DNA from: the human T2T-CHM13v2.0 reference genome, Homo sapiens
Strand: one strand, 5' to 3'
Assembly (NCBI RefSeq): GCF_009914755.1
Contig: NC_060945.1
DNA length: 64,000 nt
A program made the position numbers and the translations under genes. Below are positions 40,308 through 54,767 of this stretch, piece by piece. Numbering within the stretch: position 1 is the first letter of the stretch; every line of letters starts with the position of its first letter. Under the pieces are notes generated by a model. The model worked only from the letters and a program-made list of their open reading frames with translations. It was not told the origin of the DNA and did not search any database.

Positions 40308-40952
40308 AAGAGGTTGGTAATCTTTCTGTAAAGGCCAGAGAGTAAATATTTTAAATTCAGCAGGTCATACAGTCTTTGTCACAAATACTCATCTCTGCCA
40401 CTGAGTCATGAAAGTAGCCATAGAAAATACAGAAACAAAATAGCATGATTGTGTTTCATAACAACTTATTGGCAGGCCATGACAGCTCACACCTGTAATC
40501 CCAGCACTCTCGGAGACCAGGGTGGGGGCAAGACTTGAGACCAGGAGTTTGAGACTAGCCAGAGTCACAGAGTGAGCCCTCATTTCTATAAAATTTTAAA
40601 AATTAGCTGGACATGTTGGGTCATGCCTGTAGTCTTAGCTACTCCCAATGCTCTGGGAGGCTGAGGTGGGTTTGAGGTTACAGTGAGCTCCACTGTACTC
40701 TAGCCTGGGTGACAGTGAGATCTTGTCTCTAAAACAAGTGGAAGAGGAGGAAGAGGAGGAGGAGGAGGAGGAAGAGGAGGAGGAGGAGTCTTCAAAAATA
40801 CTGAATCTGAGAAGAATTGATCTTTGTCCTAGCATATAGTGATAAATGTTGGTGATCATTATGAGGAAATAAGATAGTCTAAAAAACTTATTTACAAAAA
40901 CAAAAACAGGATGTGGGCCAAATTTGAATTGTGGCCCATAGTTTTCTGATAT
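40308..40952. mobile_element. MER58A split by an AluJ-containing insert (40471-40884)
   Basis: CTGTAAAGGCCAGA.AGTAAATATTTTA on the left; the element resumes at AACTTATTTACAAAAAC...GGGCCAAATTTG on the right; AACTTATT is duplicated. Confidence 0.75.
40471..40737 (+). mobile_element. Diverged AluJ-type element followed by (GAG/GAA)n at 40740-40788
   Basis: Alu body with internal deletions and a short A-tail. Confidence 0.85.
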
Positions 40953-41361
40953 CTGTTTTAAAGGTAATTAAGAGAAATGTAAATGTAGGATAATTGTACA
41001 TTTAGAAGAGGGAACATCTACTAACAAAACTCACATGTTTGCATTAGTTCTTTATTACATATCTAAAATATGAATTTTCATAAAATGATTCTAAGTAGAA
41101 AAAGTTTTTAAAATTCTTCTTTTCATAAGGAATTCAAAGTCAGGGATAAAAACATTTAAAAACATAACAGTATTTTATTATCTCTTCAGTATGTTTTCCT
41201 CACTTGAGCTAATGAATATTTTATAAAGTGAGACTAAAAGGACAACCATTTTTATCCCTAAATCTGCTCCCTCCTTGGAAATAAGTTATCAAAATGTACA
41301 AAATTCAGAATTACACCAGCAACTTGTATAATGTAGATAATTTAAAACTTAATTCATATGA

Positions 41362-42164
41362 GACTTTTATGTGGCCAAGAAACATATGAAAAAAAAGCTC
41401 ATCATCACTGGTCATTAGAGAAATGCAAATCAAAACCACAATGTGATACCATCTCATGCCAGTCACAATGGTGATCATTAAAAAGTCAGGAAACAACAGA
41501 TGCTGGAGAGGATGTGGAGAAATAGGAAGGCTTTCACACTGTTAGTGGGAGTGTAAATTAGTTTGACCACTGTGGAAGACAGTGTGGCAATTCCTCAAGG
41601 ATCTAGAACTAGAAATACCATTTGACCCAGCAATCCCATTACTGGGTATATACCCAAGGGATTATAAATCATTTTACTGTGAAGACACATGCACACATAT
41701 GTTTACTGCAGCACTATTCACAACAGCAAAGACTTGGAACCAATCCAAATGCCCATCAATGATAGACTTGATCAAGAAAATGTGGCACACATGCTTCACG
41801 GAATACTATGCAGCCATAAAATAGATGAAACTGGAAAATGGATGAAACTGGAAATCATCATTCTCAGCAAACTAACACAGGAACAGAAAACCAAACACCT
41901 CATGTTCTCACTCATAAGTAGGAATTGAACAATGAGAACACATGGACACAGGGAAGGGAACATCACATACTGGGGCCTGTGAGGGGGTGGGGGCAAGGGG
42001 AGTAAGAGCATTAGGACAAATACCTAATGCATCCAGGGCTTAAAACCTACATGATAGGTTGATGGGTGCAGCAAACCACCGTGGCACATTTATACCTATG
42101 TAACAAACCTACACGTTCTGCACATGTATCCCAGAACTTAAAGTATAATAATTAAAAAAAAAAC
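41362..42164 (+). mobile_element. 5'-truncated L1PA (about L1PA7/8-like) 3' end
   Basis: WQFLKDLELEIPFDPAIPLLGIYP; L1PA 3'UTR; TSD CTTAATTCATATGA at 41348-41361 and 42165-42178. Confidence 0.92.
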
Positions 42165-42201
42165 CTTAATTCATATGAAAGTTCACAGCAGATTTTGGTG
42201 C

Positions 42202-42510
42202 CTTTTTTTTTTTTTTTTTTTGAGACAGGGTCTTGCTCTTTTGCCCAGGTTGGAGGGCAGTGACACCATCATAGCTCGCTGTGGCCTCGAACTCCCGGGT
42301 TCAAGCAATCCTCCCCCCTCAGCCTCCCAAGTAGCTGGGACTATAATACCGGCAGACACCACCATACCCCGCTAGGCCTTTAAAAATTTTTTGTAAAGAT
42401 GGGGTCTTGCTTGGTTGCTCAGACTGTCTGAAACTCTTGGCCACAATTGATCCTTCCACCTTAGCCTCCCAAAGTGTTGGGAAAATAGGCACGAGCCATT
42501 GTTCTTGGCC
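42202..42510 (-). mobile_element. AluJ-type element
   Basis: T-tail followed by GAGACAGGGTCTTGCTC and CATAGCTC.CTG.GGCCTCGAACTCC. Confidence 0.9.
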
Positions 42511-42809
42511 TCAAATGCTTGAGAAAAAATAAATACATCAGTATAAGAGTGGTTGATTTTGAAAAATAATTAATGAAAGCTATTTACTAGTTTACTTATT
42601 GGGATTTAAAGCATGAGAATTTTGGATTAGGGAATCTGAATTTTTTGTCAAAAATTCAAACAGTAAAAAAGTAAATACCTTCAGAGAGATTACGGACTTT
42701 CTAATATCTTCTAAACATAAAATAATGTAGCCTTCGTTTTTATGCAAATGGACTTTATTAATTACTGAGCACCTGTACTGTGACAAATACTGGGTGAGGA
42801 GCTATGGCT

Positions 42810-43205
42810 AAAAAGATCATGACTGCCATCTCTTTTTCTTCTTCCCTCTCTCCCTCCCGCTCAGTCTTAACTCTGGGGAATTCCAGCTACCATGTTGTGA
42901 GCTGCTCTGTGGAGAGGCTCCCATGGGAAGGAACTGGGAGTTGGTCTTCAGTCAACAGTCTGAGAAAGTAAAGCTTATCAACCATCACAGGAGTGAGCTT
43001 GGGAGAAGACCCTCCCACAGCTAAGCTTTGAAATGACTGCATCCCAGCCAACCCCTTGGCTGCAATGTTGGGAAGATGGTGAACCAGAGGTCTCAGCTAA
43101 GCCACACATGCATTCCAGACCTACAGAAATGGGAAGCTATTAAATGTATACTATCTTAAGCCACTAAATTGGGGTAATTTGTTACAAAGCAATAGATTCC
43201 TAACG
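42810..43205 (+). mobile_element. MLT1F-like MaLR LTR fragment
   Basis: CCATGTTGTGAGCTGCTCTGTGGAGAGG and TAAGCCACTAAATTGGGGTAATTTGTTACAAAGCAATAGAT motifs. Confidence 0.7.
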
Positions 43206-44328
43206 TGTAAAATTAGGTAAGTTACATAATATTTCAGCTTCTTAACTTGTAAAATGGAAATAATAATAGAACCTTCATTATGGGATGGTAGAAGCACTGA
43301 AGTTCTTGAACTATGTATTGGTATGGCTTATAGTAAGCAAACAACATTGTTGTGCTTTCTAACATTCTCTTTTTAATTATTTAATAATTTTAAGATTATA
43401 TGGCTGTCTGTCTTTCCCATTCCACAAGAATAGGGACCACGTTGCAATGAATGTCTCCACTCATCAATCAGTGCATCAGTGGAGAGAAATATATATATAT
43501 AGCGGTAGGCAATCTGTATGCTTAATTCAGGGAGAAGAATTTCGGACCAAAGGTGATGCATATTCAAATCTTAAAATATATTACCATATTTACAATAAAC
43601 TGCCTTAAAAATGTACAAACGTTATCTCCTTCAGTGCTAGCTGGGGGTTAATTTTTTCCTCATACATGTATGCTATTAAACTTTTAAATCTGCATCAATG
43701 CTATACATCACTATTTTAATTTGCACATTTTGGCGGATTTTTTTTGTATTTTTGTTTGTTTCTGTTTATAGATAATTTTGAGCATCATGAATGTATTGGC
43801 CATCTGTATTTGTTCTTTAGTAAACAGCCCATTTATCCCTTACCCATTTTTCTACTGAGCTTTTGTCTTTTTCTTCATTTTCCAAAGCACTTTGGGTTAT
43901 AAGGAAGTGTTTCTATGTAATTATTTTACAAAACTCTTTTTTTGTTCTCGTTGCTTCAATCAGAAGAGGATGTTGAATATTATCAGCTAGTTTTTAACCA
44001 TATATTGAGATAATCATTTTTTTCTCCTATAAAATTAGACTGCATTTTTAAAGAATTTGGCTTTTATAAATTATCAAATTACTTCTTGTGGATATTGTGT
44101 TCATTAGTGTGAGGATAATAGATTTATTGGAAGTTAAAATTAAGGAAAAAGCCTTCAACTTTTATTTAAGTGCTTAAATTTGTAACACACTTTGAAAATC
44201 AGTAAAGGCTATTAATGTCGTTCCCAAAGTTGACTGTAAATTGAGAATAGATTTAGTCCAATACACACAACCTGAAAACTCAACCAAATATAGGATTGAA
44301 AAAATATAACTATAAGATAGGTAATCTA

Positions 44329-44654
<326 letters not shown>

Positions 44655-47600
44655 CTAAAAATTTCAAATTATATAAAACTGTATTTAAGAAACTGAAAAT
44701 CAAATAACATGCTGGTGTGGTTTGAAAAATTTACATGAATATCCATGTCAACAACACATTGTTTTCCTTTTCTTAAATAATTTTCACCAGAAAAATGCTT
44801 GTAATTGTTGAAACATTTATATTAAAGAATCACAACATAAAATTAACTACAATGCTAAGTCGTCTCAATTAAATAGCAGAAAAGGATGATCTGTTTATTC
44901 CTATCTAGACTGAAGTAAGTTTCTTTATTACTAAAAGGTCCTAATGAAGATAGAAATAAAGTTTCAAATGCATTTAAGAAAACATTAAATCTTTTCTTCA
45001 TCAGAAAAATGAACCTAAGTTGAAGGGTTATTGCATCTGAAGATCTAATTGTGGTTACTAAATGGAATAATAGTGAACACACTGCCAACTGATTCATCTA
45101 CTATGAGGACTACAGTTCCAAGGGCTAGCATTTGTTTAATTGGAGGGAAGTAGACTTCGCCAGGGTTTGACAGAATTATTTATCAGTCATCTACTTTAGA
45201 TTCATCTTTATTCTAAAGAGTAAAATTTAACCCAAAGCATCAATATGTAAAATCCTGTAATCTTCTTAGCACAAGGTAAGCACTTTAGGTAATTAGCTAG
45301 AAGATACAATGTGGTAACCAGCAGTCATTAATTAAAACACTGCCAATTTTCTGTGGCTAGCAGGGGTCAAGTGGGGACAATTTCAATGCTCCGTTACATG
45401 AAAATAAAATGTTAAAGCATTATGTAAGGCACATACTGAATTGCTAGTTATATTAATTCTGGGTCACCTTTCTTATTTATTGCAAATATATGCATAGCTG
45501 TGTTCACAGGGACTGAGAGTATGGGGACAGTGGAAAAAGAACGGCAGATTGTCACCAAATGAGCCCACTTTGAAGGCAGCAGCAAATAAGAAAATTGTTT
45601 CAATTTTTTTCCTTCACTGTTAAGTCTTTGCTGGTCTGTAGAGAGGGCACTTGGATAAGAGTCAAAAGGGTTAGGTTCTCATGCTCTCTGAAACTACCCA
45701 TGCCTTACAGCAAGTGGCTTATTTTCTCTGCATCCTTAATTTCATCATATATGAATAAGGAGAATAATCCATTTACATATGATGTAGGATTGTTGTGCAC
45801 ATAAAGTGAAGCAAGATTGTATGAATGTGGGTATAAATGCCTGCATGCAAGGAGAGCTTGGTCAATGAGCTCATCCAGAGGGGTCCCCTTGTAGGGTGAA
45901 ATAAGACTGAAGAGTCGCAGGACCATGGAAAGGAGGTCTCTTTAGCCTCACCAATGGTTTGCACAATGGTCAGGCGGTAAGCTGTTCTTTCTTTTCACCA
46001 AGGAATCAAACACAATCCCTTTCATCCTTATGGAGAGAGTGGTGTTTTCCTCAAGAATGCATTTGTTTTTCTTCTTTAGGAAGGGGGGTTTCCTCTCTGA
46101 GAATAGTTGGGGGATTGCAGGAAAGCATTGGGTAAAAAGATAGAGGTTGCAATGGAAAGATAAGAGAAAAAGCAAGAATAGCAACAGCAGTTGCACCTAA
46201 ATAAGGTTTAGTAGCTGAAATACAATGCTTATTCAGTGAAGGAGTGCTGAAGAGTTCTGTTACAAAGAAGAATCCCGAAGTGGACAGAGGTATAGTCCTG
46301 AGACACCACTGGCTTGGTTCCAGGCTGGAGAGCTATTTCCAATCCCTGAGAAAGAAGCTTCCACCACTGTGCAGGTAATATTTATGACACTGAAAGTTTG
46401 TGTCAGATGCTGTATGTTGATCTTTAGCACTACCACTTTCCCTCTAAACTCTGCCCTAAATTGCAGGGCTTGAAAGCCTGAAAACTACATTCCCTGGCTT
46501 TGTTACTAGATTCTGGTTTACATTTTACCAGTGAGAGGCACTTAAAAACAATTTTGTAGGTGCAAGGGTGGAAAAGCCATTATTTTGCTTTAGAAGCAGC
46601 AAATTGATGCATGGGTCAACCCCAAACATCAGGTTTATGGCTGCCTGTGGGAGAACTACAAATCACTGCTTGAGCACTAGAAGCAGCTGTTAGCAGTGAC
46701 GGGAGAAGCATCTTAGTTCCTACACTTCTCAGGTGCTTAAAGGGCCGCGCAGTTTGTCCACGCTTCAAAGGATTTTGCATGCCCCTAATTCCCTTTATTA
46801 AATCCCTTCTTGATAACACACCACACCATCCAGGTGTGACACCGTCCAGGTTACTTCTTTTGTAAATGTGCACATAATTGTGTCCACTGTGCAATCCAGT
46901 CATCTTTCCTTAATACCTTCATTTCTATGTTGAAGAAGGCTATCCAATGACAACAATGGAAATTTCATGGTCTAGATTAGTGTCTAATCAGGATTTGTTA
47001 CAACTTGCTAGTCCACTAGCACTTCAATGTCTAATTCTGTAACTAATACGTAATTATGTAACTAATACATAAGAATCCTTTTTTTTTAAATCAGCCAGAG
47101 GGAATTGGCCCTTCACTCACTTATCAGATAATTGATCCATGAACTGAACACAATTCAGCACTCGTCAAGGGGTCATGTGATATTGGAAGTGGTTGAGGTG
47201 ACTCAATTATGCAGATTCCACCAGTGCTTTGCCTTGCTCCTGGGAGGAGCCCTGCAGCAGTGTCTACCATTCAAGGTCTCCAGCCACCGTTTCCCTGGAG
47301 CAAGAGCCCCCCAAACATTTGTCTTCAGTGTGACTGCCTACACCTAGAAGAAGGCTTCCAGAAAGTTTCCCAGGAAATAAATGAGGGGGAAAGATGGAGG
47401 AGTGCTGAAAAATAAAGAAAGGAAGAGCAAGATGGGCCCCAGGGTTGACTGTCCTGGTGGCTCCACCAAGGCTCAGGGTAATTACACTTCCTTAGGTGAG
47501 GACCCTGCAGAGGTCCTGCAGCAGCTCCCAGGGCCACTGAGATGCTGATTAGGGTAGCACAGAGGAAGGCAGGTTTTCTGCTCTGCTAAGGTTTTTCCTA

Positions 47601-48678
47601 CCATCAAAGGAAGAAAATAAAACAATATATGGAACACTCACTTTCTCTGTTCAGCTTACAACTTGTTTTCAAGAACTCATTATTTCTTTGTGAGGCCCCT
47701 TGTCTCTTCTTGGGGAACACACAACACACAAGCAGAGCTCCTTTTGTTGTGCAAGAGGGATCCATATCGGACTTTGAACTTGGGTTTATTTTTACCATGT
47801 GTGCCATAGAGAGATGTTGCCTTCTTCTCGTTTTTGGATTATTTGAATTCTTTCCCCATATTAATTCAATATTTGCATCTTATCACCTAATTGGAAATCG
47901 GGGTGCTGGGTGAGAGCCAGGACTTGATAGCCTGGATCAGAGGAGTGCACTGGGGCAGAGCAGGGGATCACTGCTGCTTCAGGAAATGAAGGACATGGAA
48001 GAGGTCAAAACCATGGGTGTGGAGTCTTGGGGTGCTCTAAACAACACAGAGCAAGACAAATGGTGAGTCTAGGAATGGGCATGGTGAGAGCACTGAATAG
48101 TGTGCAGATGCACAGGCAGGGGTGGGACAGTGGGAGGGCAGCAGCCTCCACCAGGTCAGGCTTGTGGTCAGAAGTTTTATTCTGGTGATCCACACTAAGA
48201 GGATTAAGATAGGGCCAGGATTGGAGCCACTGGTCCCAAGGAGATGACCAAGACAAGGGTCAGAGACAATGCAGAGACCCAATTTCTCAGAACAGGGATG
48301 CAAAAGAGACACTTGTCTGAGCAAAGCCTGTGGAACTGGCATTCAAGGTCAGAGTGAGTGGCAGCAAGGGCAAAAAAAGAATGAGATGAAATGCCTTGGA
48401 CACTGAACCTGGGGGCACTCAGGCACGAGGCTGGGGCAGAGTGAAACATGCAAGGGCATACAGAGCAGGACAAAGGGACCAGAACTTGGGGAGAAGCCTT
48501 GGAGGACCTGAAAACTCAGTATCATCCCAACTGGGCCCTATGAACGTGCTCCCTATTGAGCTATTTTAATATAAACCCCCTGCTTTCCCAGAGGAAAAAC
48601 AAAAGAGAATTTTATTTAAGCAAATTTCTGTCTCTTGATAATTTGCTTCTTTCCAGACTTATCTTTTGAATGTACAAC

Positions 48679-49278
48679 CTGCAGTGTGTTCAGCAGTGTG
48701 ATCCACAGGTGATCCTCAGTGTGATCTGCAGTGTCATCTGCAGTGTGATCCACAGTGTGATCCATGGTGTGATCTGCAGTGTGATCCACAGGTGGATCTG
48801 AAGCGTGATCTGCAGTATGATCTGCAGGTATCTGCAGTGTGATCCATGGTGTGATCTGCAGTGTGATCCATGGTGTGATCTGCAGTGTGATCCAAGGTGT
48901 GATCTGCAGTGTGATCCACAGGTGGATCTGAAGCATGATCTGCAGTATGATCCACGTTGTGATCTGCAGTGTGATCCATGGTGTGATCTGCAGTGTGATT
49001 GCAGTGTGATCCACAGTGTGATCTGCAGTATGATCTGCAGGTATCTGCGGTGTGATCTGCAGTGTGATCACAGTGTGATCTGCAGTGTGATCTGCAGGTG
49101 ATCTGCAATGTCATCCACGGTATGATCCACAGTGTGATCTCAAGGTGGTCTGCAGCATGATCTGCAGCATGATCCACAGTGTGATCCACAGTGTGATCTG
49201 CAGGGTCTTCTGCAGTGTGATCTGCAGTATGATGTGCAGTGTGATCACAGTGTGATTAACAGGTGATCTGCAGTGTGA
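48679..49278. repeat. Degenerate 12-bp minisatellite (GTGTGATCTGCA / GTGTGATCCACA / GTGTGATCCATG), about 50 units
   Basis: GATC recurs roughly every 12 bp; the array produces the repetitive DHTA/ITLQ ORFs in the track. Confidence 0.95.
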
Positions 49279-51496
49279 GCCCTCTCTTGACTGCTGAGGA
49301 AGGGACTGACTTGGTCATCTCACCAGAGAGGTCTGAAACTGGTGTTGGCAGAAAATCTGCTCTAGAATTAACCTGCTTGAGGGACTTAGGCTTGTCCTTT
49401 CCCTCATATTTCTCATGGTCTTCTGAGACATAGGCCATGAGGACTACAGAAGGTTCCAGGGATGTCCCCTGGACATTGGGAGGGAAGTTGTGGGCAGGAT
49501 CAAGGTGAGCCTTTCCAGGGCATGCCCCTAAAGTAGGAGGGGACTCCAGAGAGGGTCACCTGAGCAGTTTGGCCAGTATTGAGCACAGCATGTGTTTTCC
49601 CCTCCATCTTGCATGGAAACGTTTAGTTAACTGTCTGGAGTGCCTAGTTTTATTTCTATGAATCTCTCAACAAAAGAATCAAGTTCCTGTTGCCCCCTGT
49701 GATGAGTCTATAACCACAGGGGAGGATTTCTCCAGGTGGGCTGACACTGAGCAGAAGAGGGTGCTTTTAGGGCCCTAGTGGTAAGGGACAGCCAGGCCCT
49801 CTGGGGGACTGTGCGTGGTGAGTGCAGAAGTGACAGCCTCCAGCAGCTTGTCTGGGTGCAGTAGGAGAAGGAGGAGCTAAAGCAAACCTGTGTGTGCACC
49901 AAATAATGGTGGATTCTCTGGAGCCTCCAGGGAAATATGGAATTGGGGAAACTACAATGAGCAGAAAGGACACAGGAAAAGGGGCAGGGAGAAATACAAT
50001 CTCAAGAGAGACAGGAAGAAATAGAGTCACACACCATTGCAGCCCTTAGTATGAGCTACAGAGTGGGGAAAATAGAAACTCCTCTAAATTAAGAACAGCA
50101 TTACCCTTGCTGGGAGAAGAAAGAGATGTGGACAGCTACATAAGGACAAGCTCAACAAAGATTGGCTGTAGACAGCTCTTGACCCCTTTCCGCCCAGAAA
50201 ACCAAGGAGGACAAAAGAAAACCAGATGCCGTAGCTTATAAAAATTCACTACCACTGACAAATGGAAAGAATGCAATAAAATTATTAATGTTCATAAAAG
50301 AAAAACTTGGATACATGAAAGGACTATCCATGGTATTGGCTGGGAAGACTCAATATTCTAATGACATCAGCATTCTTCACGTTAAGCTTTAAATTTATGA
50401 TCCTCCAAATTTTCCAGATTTTTTGGAAACTTGATAAAGTTATCTTAATATGCATCTAGAAGGAACAAACAAACAAAAATCCATGCAGAAAAAGCAAGGA
50501 CATTTTTGAAAAATAAAAGTCACAAGGGGAGTATTGTCAAAACAGACATTAAAATAGAAGGAGATAAACTTCTAATACGTATGGTGCTGAACAGGCAATT
50601 GAGTGTAACAGAGAGAAGGCTGAAACACAGACTCCAGTATTCACATTTTCCCCTTAGACAATAAGGTATCGCAAATGAAAAAGTTTGGGCTCTTCAATAA
50701 ATGGTTTTAGGACAAATGGCTAACCATGTAAGTTCATGATAATGGCAATAATGATATTAATAATAGCTAATACATACTGACTAATGGCTATGTGCCAGAA
50801 GCCATAATAAATGCTTTCTATGAGTCATCTTACTAAATCATCACATTTATCCCCTTATTTTATCTGTTTCAGCTGCAAGGATGCTGTGGTTCATATGGGG
50901 TAGGTAATTTACATGCAGTCACCCAACCAGACAGGGTTGTATTATGGCTGGGGTTTGAACTTATAGCCCAGTCTCCTAACTGATGATTTCTACTCCTCCT
51001 CCTAGATTCCTACTTTATTTATTTTACTAAAATCAAGTCCAAATTTAATGACCCTTTGTATATAAACAATAGAATTTCATATTTGAAGATGGAGGCATAA
51101 ACCAGCACTTCTTCTCTTCCTGGGAACAACATGAAAGCAAATGGGAGAGAGAAGCCTAGAAAAATGTAACCTCTATTTCCTATGAAATTAGAAAATAGCT
51201 AAACTTCCAGCTACAGAATGGGTAAATGGGCAACCAACAGGGTAATTGAGCAGAAGAGCATGCAGGAAGATGAGGGAATCAGGGCCACCGCTGTGAACTT
51301 CAGAAGTCCCAGCAGAGTGGGTCACAGGTGAGAGCCAAGCCTCCATCAGTGAAAACAGTGTGCATAGGTGGGTGTGGGTGGCACTTCCCCAGGCCTGATG
51401 TGGCTTAGAATTTTAGAAGTAGGGTTAGCTGAGGAATCAGGCATTTGTACACAACAATCTTTTTCTGGGGACATGGATTTTCTTCAAATGTAAGTA

Positions 51497-51813
51497 CAGT
51501 AGTTCCCCCTCATCCACATTTTCACTTTCCATGGTTTAAGCTACCTGAGGTCAATTACAGTCTTAAAATAGGGGAGTATAGACACATAAGATATGTTGAG
51601 AGAGACAGAGACAGCACATTCACATAGCTTTTATTACAGTACATTGTAATAATAATTTTATTCTAGTACTCATAATTTTTGTCAATCTCTTACTGTGCCT
51701 GATTTATAAATTAAACTTTATCAGGGGTATGCATGTGTAGGAAAGCGCATAGTATATGTAGGGTTTGGTGCTCCCCAAGGTTCAGTCATCCCCTGGGGGT
51801 CTTGGGGCTGCTG
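51497..51813. mobile_element. MER44A-like Tigger derivative
   Basis: TA-flanked CAGTAGTTCCCCCT start and CACATTCACATAGCTTTTATTACAGTA internal motif. Confidence 0.75.
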
Positions 51814-52366
51814 TATTCGAAAGGAAACCAAGACCTAGCAAAGATACAATAAGCAAAATAGAAGAAAAAAACAGAACAAGAAACCAGGTATTACGACTTA
51901 GATGAAGACTGTGAATAAAACAGTCACTTGTCTATAAAGCCATGGCTGAAGAAGGGTGAACTGTGAGCTGGCAGAGCTGGAGAGAAAGAAGGAGAAAAAA
52001 TATAAACTCACAGCAGTGAAGGCAGAACCGGAGTTGGCACAAAGAAGAACAGACCTTGCTGGGGAAAAGACACGGAGAACAGAAATGGAAAAATATCGAA
52101 CAAATTAAAATGGAAATCAATGAGTTAAAAAACCAGAGAGAAAATGACAGCTACAGAGACTAGGTGGCAATCCTATGGAACCACAATCAGAGACCCTGAA
52201 GAAGAAAATTAAAGCAGGGAAGAGAACACTTAGAGATACAATTCATGGGAAAAATATTTTTTAAAATAACCTGAATCTACATATTAAATAGATGCACCAC
52301 ATCTATGGGAAAATTGACCCCAAATGGAAAACACCAAATTATAGACTAAAAATTTACCAGACTTCA

Positions 52367-52736
<370 letters not shown>

Positions 52737-54767
52737 TCAGGCAGTCTGTGCTCCCTCCAAGGAGACAGTGTGAGCCGCCAATATCTGTCCTTTGGGTGTA
52801 AAAAGGCAAGGAACAAACCATTGCAAACCAGAAAGAGGTTGGAATATTCTTCACTATGTCCAAATAACTCGTACTGAGCACAAAATCAATCTAACACAGA
52901 ACTGGCAATTGCAAAAGTTGGGCATATGGCTGCAGAACAGAACATAGAGGGTCTAAGCTCTGACGATGTAGAAAATATTCATCAAAATCTAGGATATTTA
53001 GAAAATTTATCATTGCTTATATTGGAAATTGACAGCTGTATCTGCATAGAGAGGAGCCCAAAACCCTGATCTTACCCCAGCCACAGGTCTGCCCTCCTGG
53101 AGTCGTCCTGTCTGTCACCGGCACTTCCACTCTCCTCACTGCCTGGGGTTCTCCCCTTTTGTCACACCCATAGTATGTCCATCACTCAAAGACATTCAGA
53201 ATCCATTTGTCCCTCCTCCACTGCAGTCACCCTGGTTCCGGCCACATCCCGGCCAAGGCCTTAGAACAGCTCTCCGGCTGAAATTCCTGTCCTTCACACA
53301 GTCTGCTTTCAAAACAGCATGCCAGTGTGATCCTTTTAAAGCATGAGGCAGATCACACCATCTCTCTCCAATTACCCAGCTAGCCTCCTAGCTTCTGGCT
53401 TCAGCACAGCAGCAGCTGAAGAGACCGCATCACCATCACCACTCTCATTGCTCACCATACCCACTCCCCACTTGGGCAGAGCCAGGTCCTTACAATGACT
53501 GATGGGGACCCAGTGCAGGAGTCTCCTCTCCCAGGACTTCCTTTCACTAACTCTGCCACAGCTGTAATGTCCTCCTTGGTGTTTCTGGATCATTCCAGGC
53601 ATCAACCTCCCGGCCTCGCCCCCTACCCCCACCTCTTGGGAACTAGCTGGCCCCTCACCTTCCGGTCTCCCTCGGAGGACAGGAGCACAGGACTCATCTG
53701 TCTTTAAGTCTTTCCTCAGACTTTCCCTACTCCTGGGGTATTTTGACAATGCTATTTTAAATGCAAACTACTCCCCATTGTCCTCCAGCGTCACCCCCCA
53801 GGCATGCTCTGACTCTTCTTTTTGGACATTCCCACAACCAAGTTTCCCTGAAGGTCAGAGACTCTATGGACAGCCAGAGAGAGCAAAGGAGGCCCAGGCC
53901 AGGCCCCAGGCTGATGCATCATCTATTCTCTCGCATTTGCAGTCCCTCTTCGCTTCTCAGCAGGTAACAAGGAGATGGCCCTGAACTATTTTCCCTCCAG
54001 TATAAGTGACATACATGCAAGAGAATGGCATTAAGCTGTGGACTTCTGGGAGTACAGGTGAGACCCACCTCAGAATGAAGCCCTGATTTTTTTTTTTAAA
54101 TCTCTTTTAGGCAAGAGGCCTCATTTGTTCATGTAAATAAATAAATCAAAAAAGAGAACTGAATGTCTCAGACTTTGTGTATCTAGACCCAAGGTCAAAA
54201 ATGTAATGACTTTTTTTTTTTTTTTTTTTTTTGTAGCAAAGATTGTTTCATTTCTACAATAGCTACCTTTAAACTGCAGTGATTTACCCTGGAATTCTGC
54301 CTCCCCTGAATTAAACTGTTGCATCTCTCAAGGAAACAAGCTGAATCTGTTTTGTTTATACAGTTTTGTCATTTACGAGGGAGCTGCACTTCAGTTCTTA
54401 GTGATCATTTCATTGAAAGAAAACATGTTCCATAAGCAAGGCTAAATTGTTCTTAAGAAATAGATTTACTGCTTGCATAATTAAAATAACAATATACCAT
54501 ATTTCTCTATCAGATTGGAAAATGTCAAAAAAAAAAAGCCTAATATCCAGTATTATTTTGGTTATAAGAGACAGACACTACTGCAAACTGAGGTGAGTTG
54601 TGTAAATGAATAAAATGCTGGCAAATTGTCAATACATATTGAAAGTTATAAAAATTATTTACTCCTTGAGCCAGCAACTCTACTTATAGAAATTTATCCC
54701 CAGGGATAAATGAACACATATACAAAGATAAATGTGACAGAAGTCATTAGAAGTCATTATGATATCT

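Noticed and set aside
47121-47343. Possible cryptic minus-strand exon (donor AA|GTGAGT at 47120, acceptor ccttcttctag near 47344)
   Set aside because: Such site pairs are common in long introns; 223 nt is frame-shifting, shows no Ig similarity, and has no independent support.
48616-49189. 151-aa repetitive ORFs (DHTA/ITLQ/CDLQ)
   Set aside because: By-products of a 12-bp stop-poor minisatellite, with no splice or promoter context.
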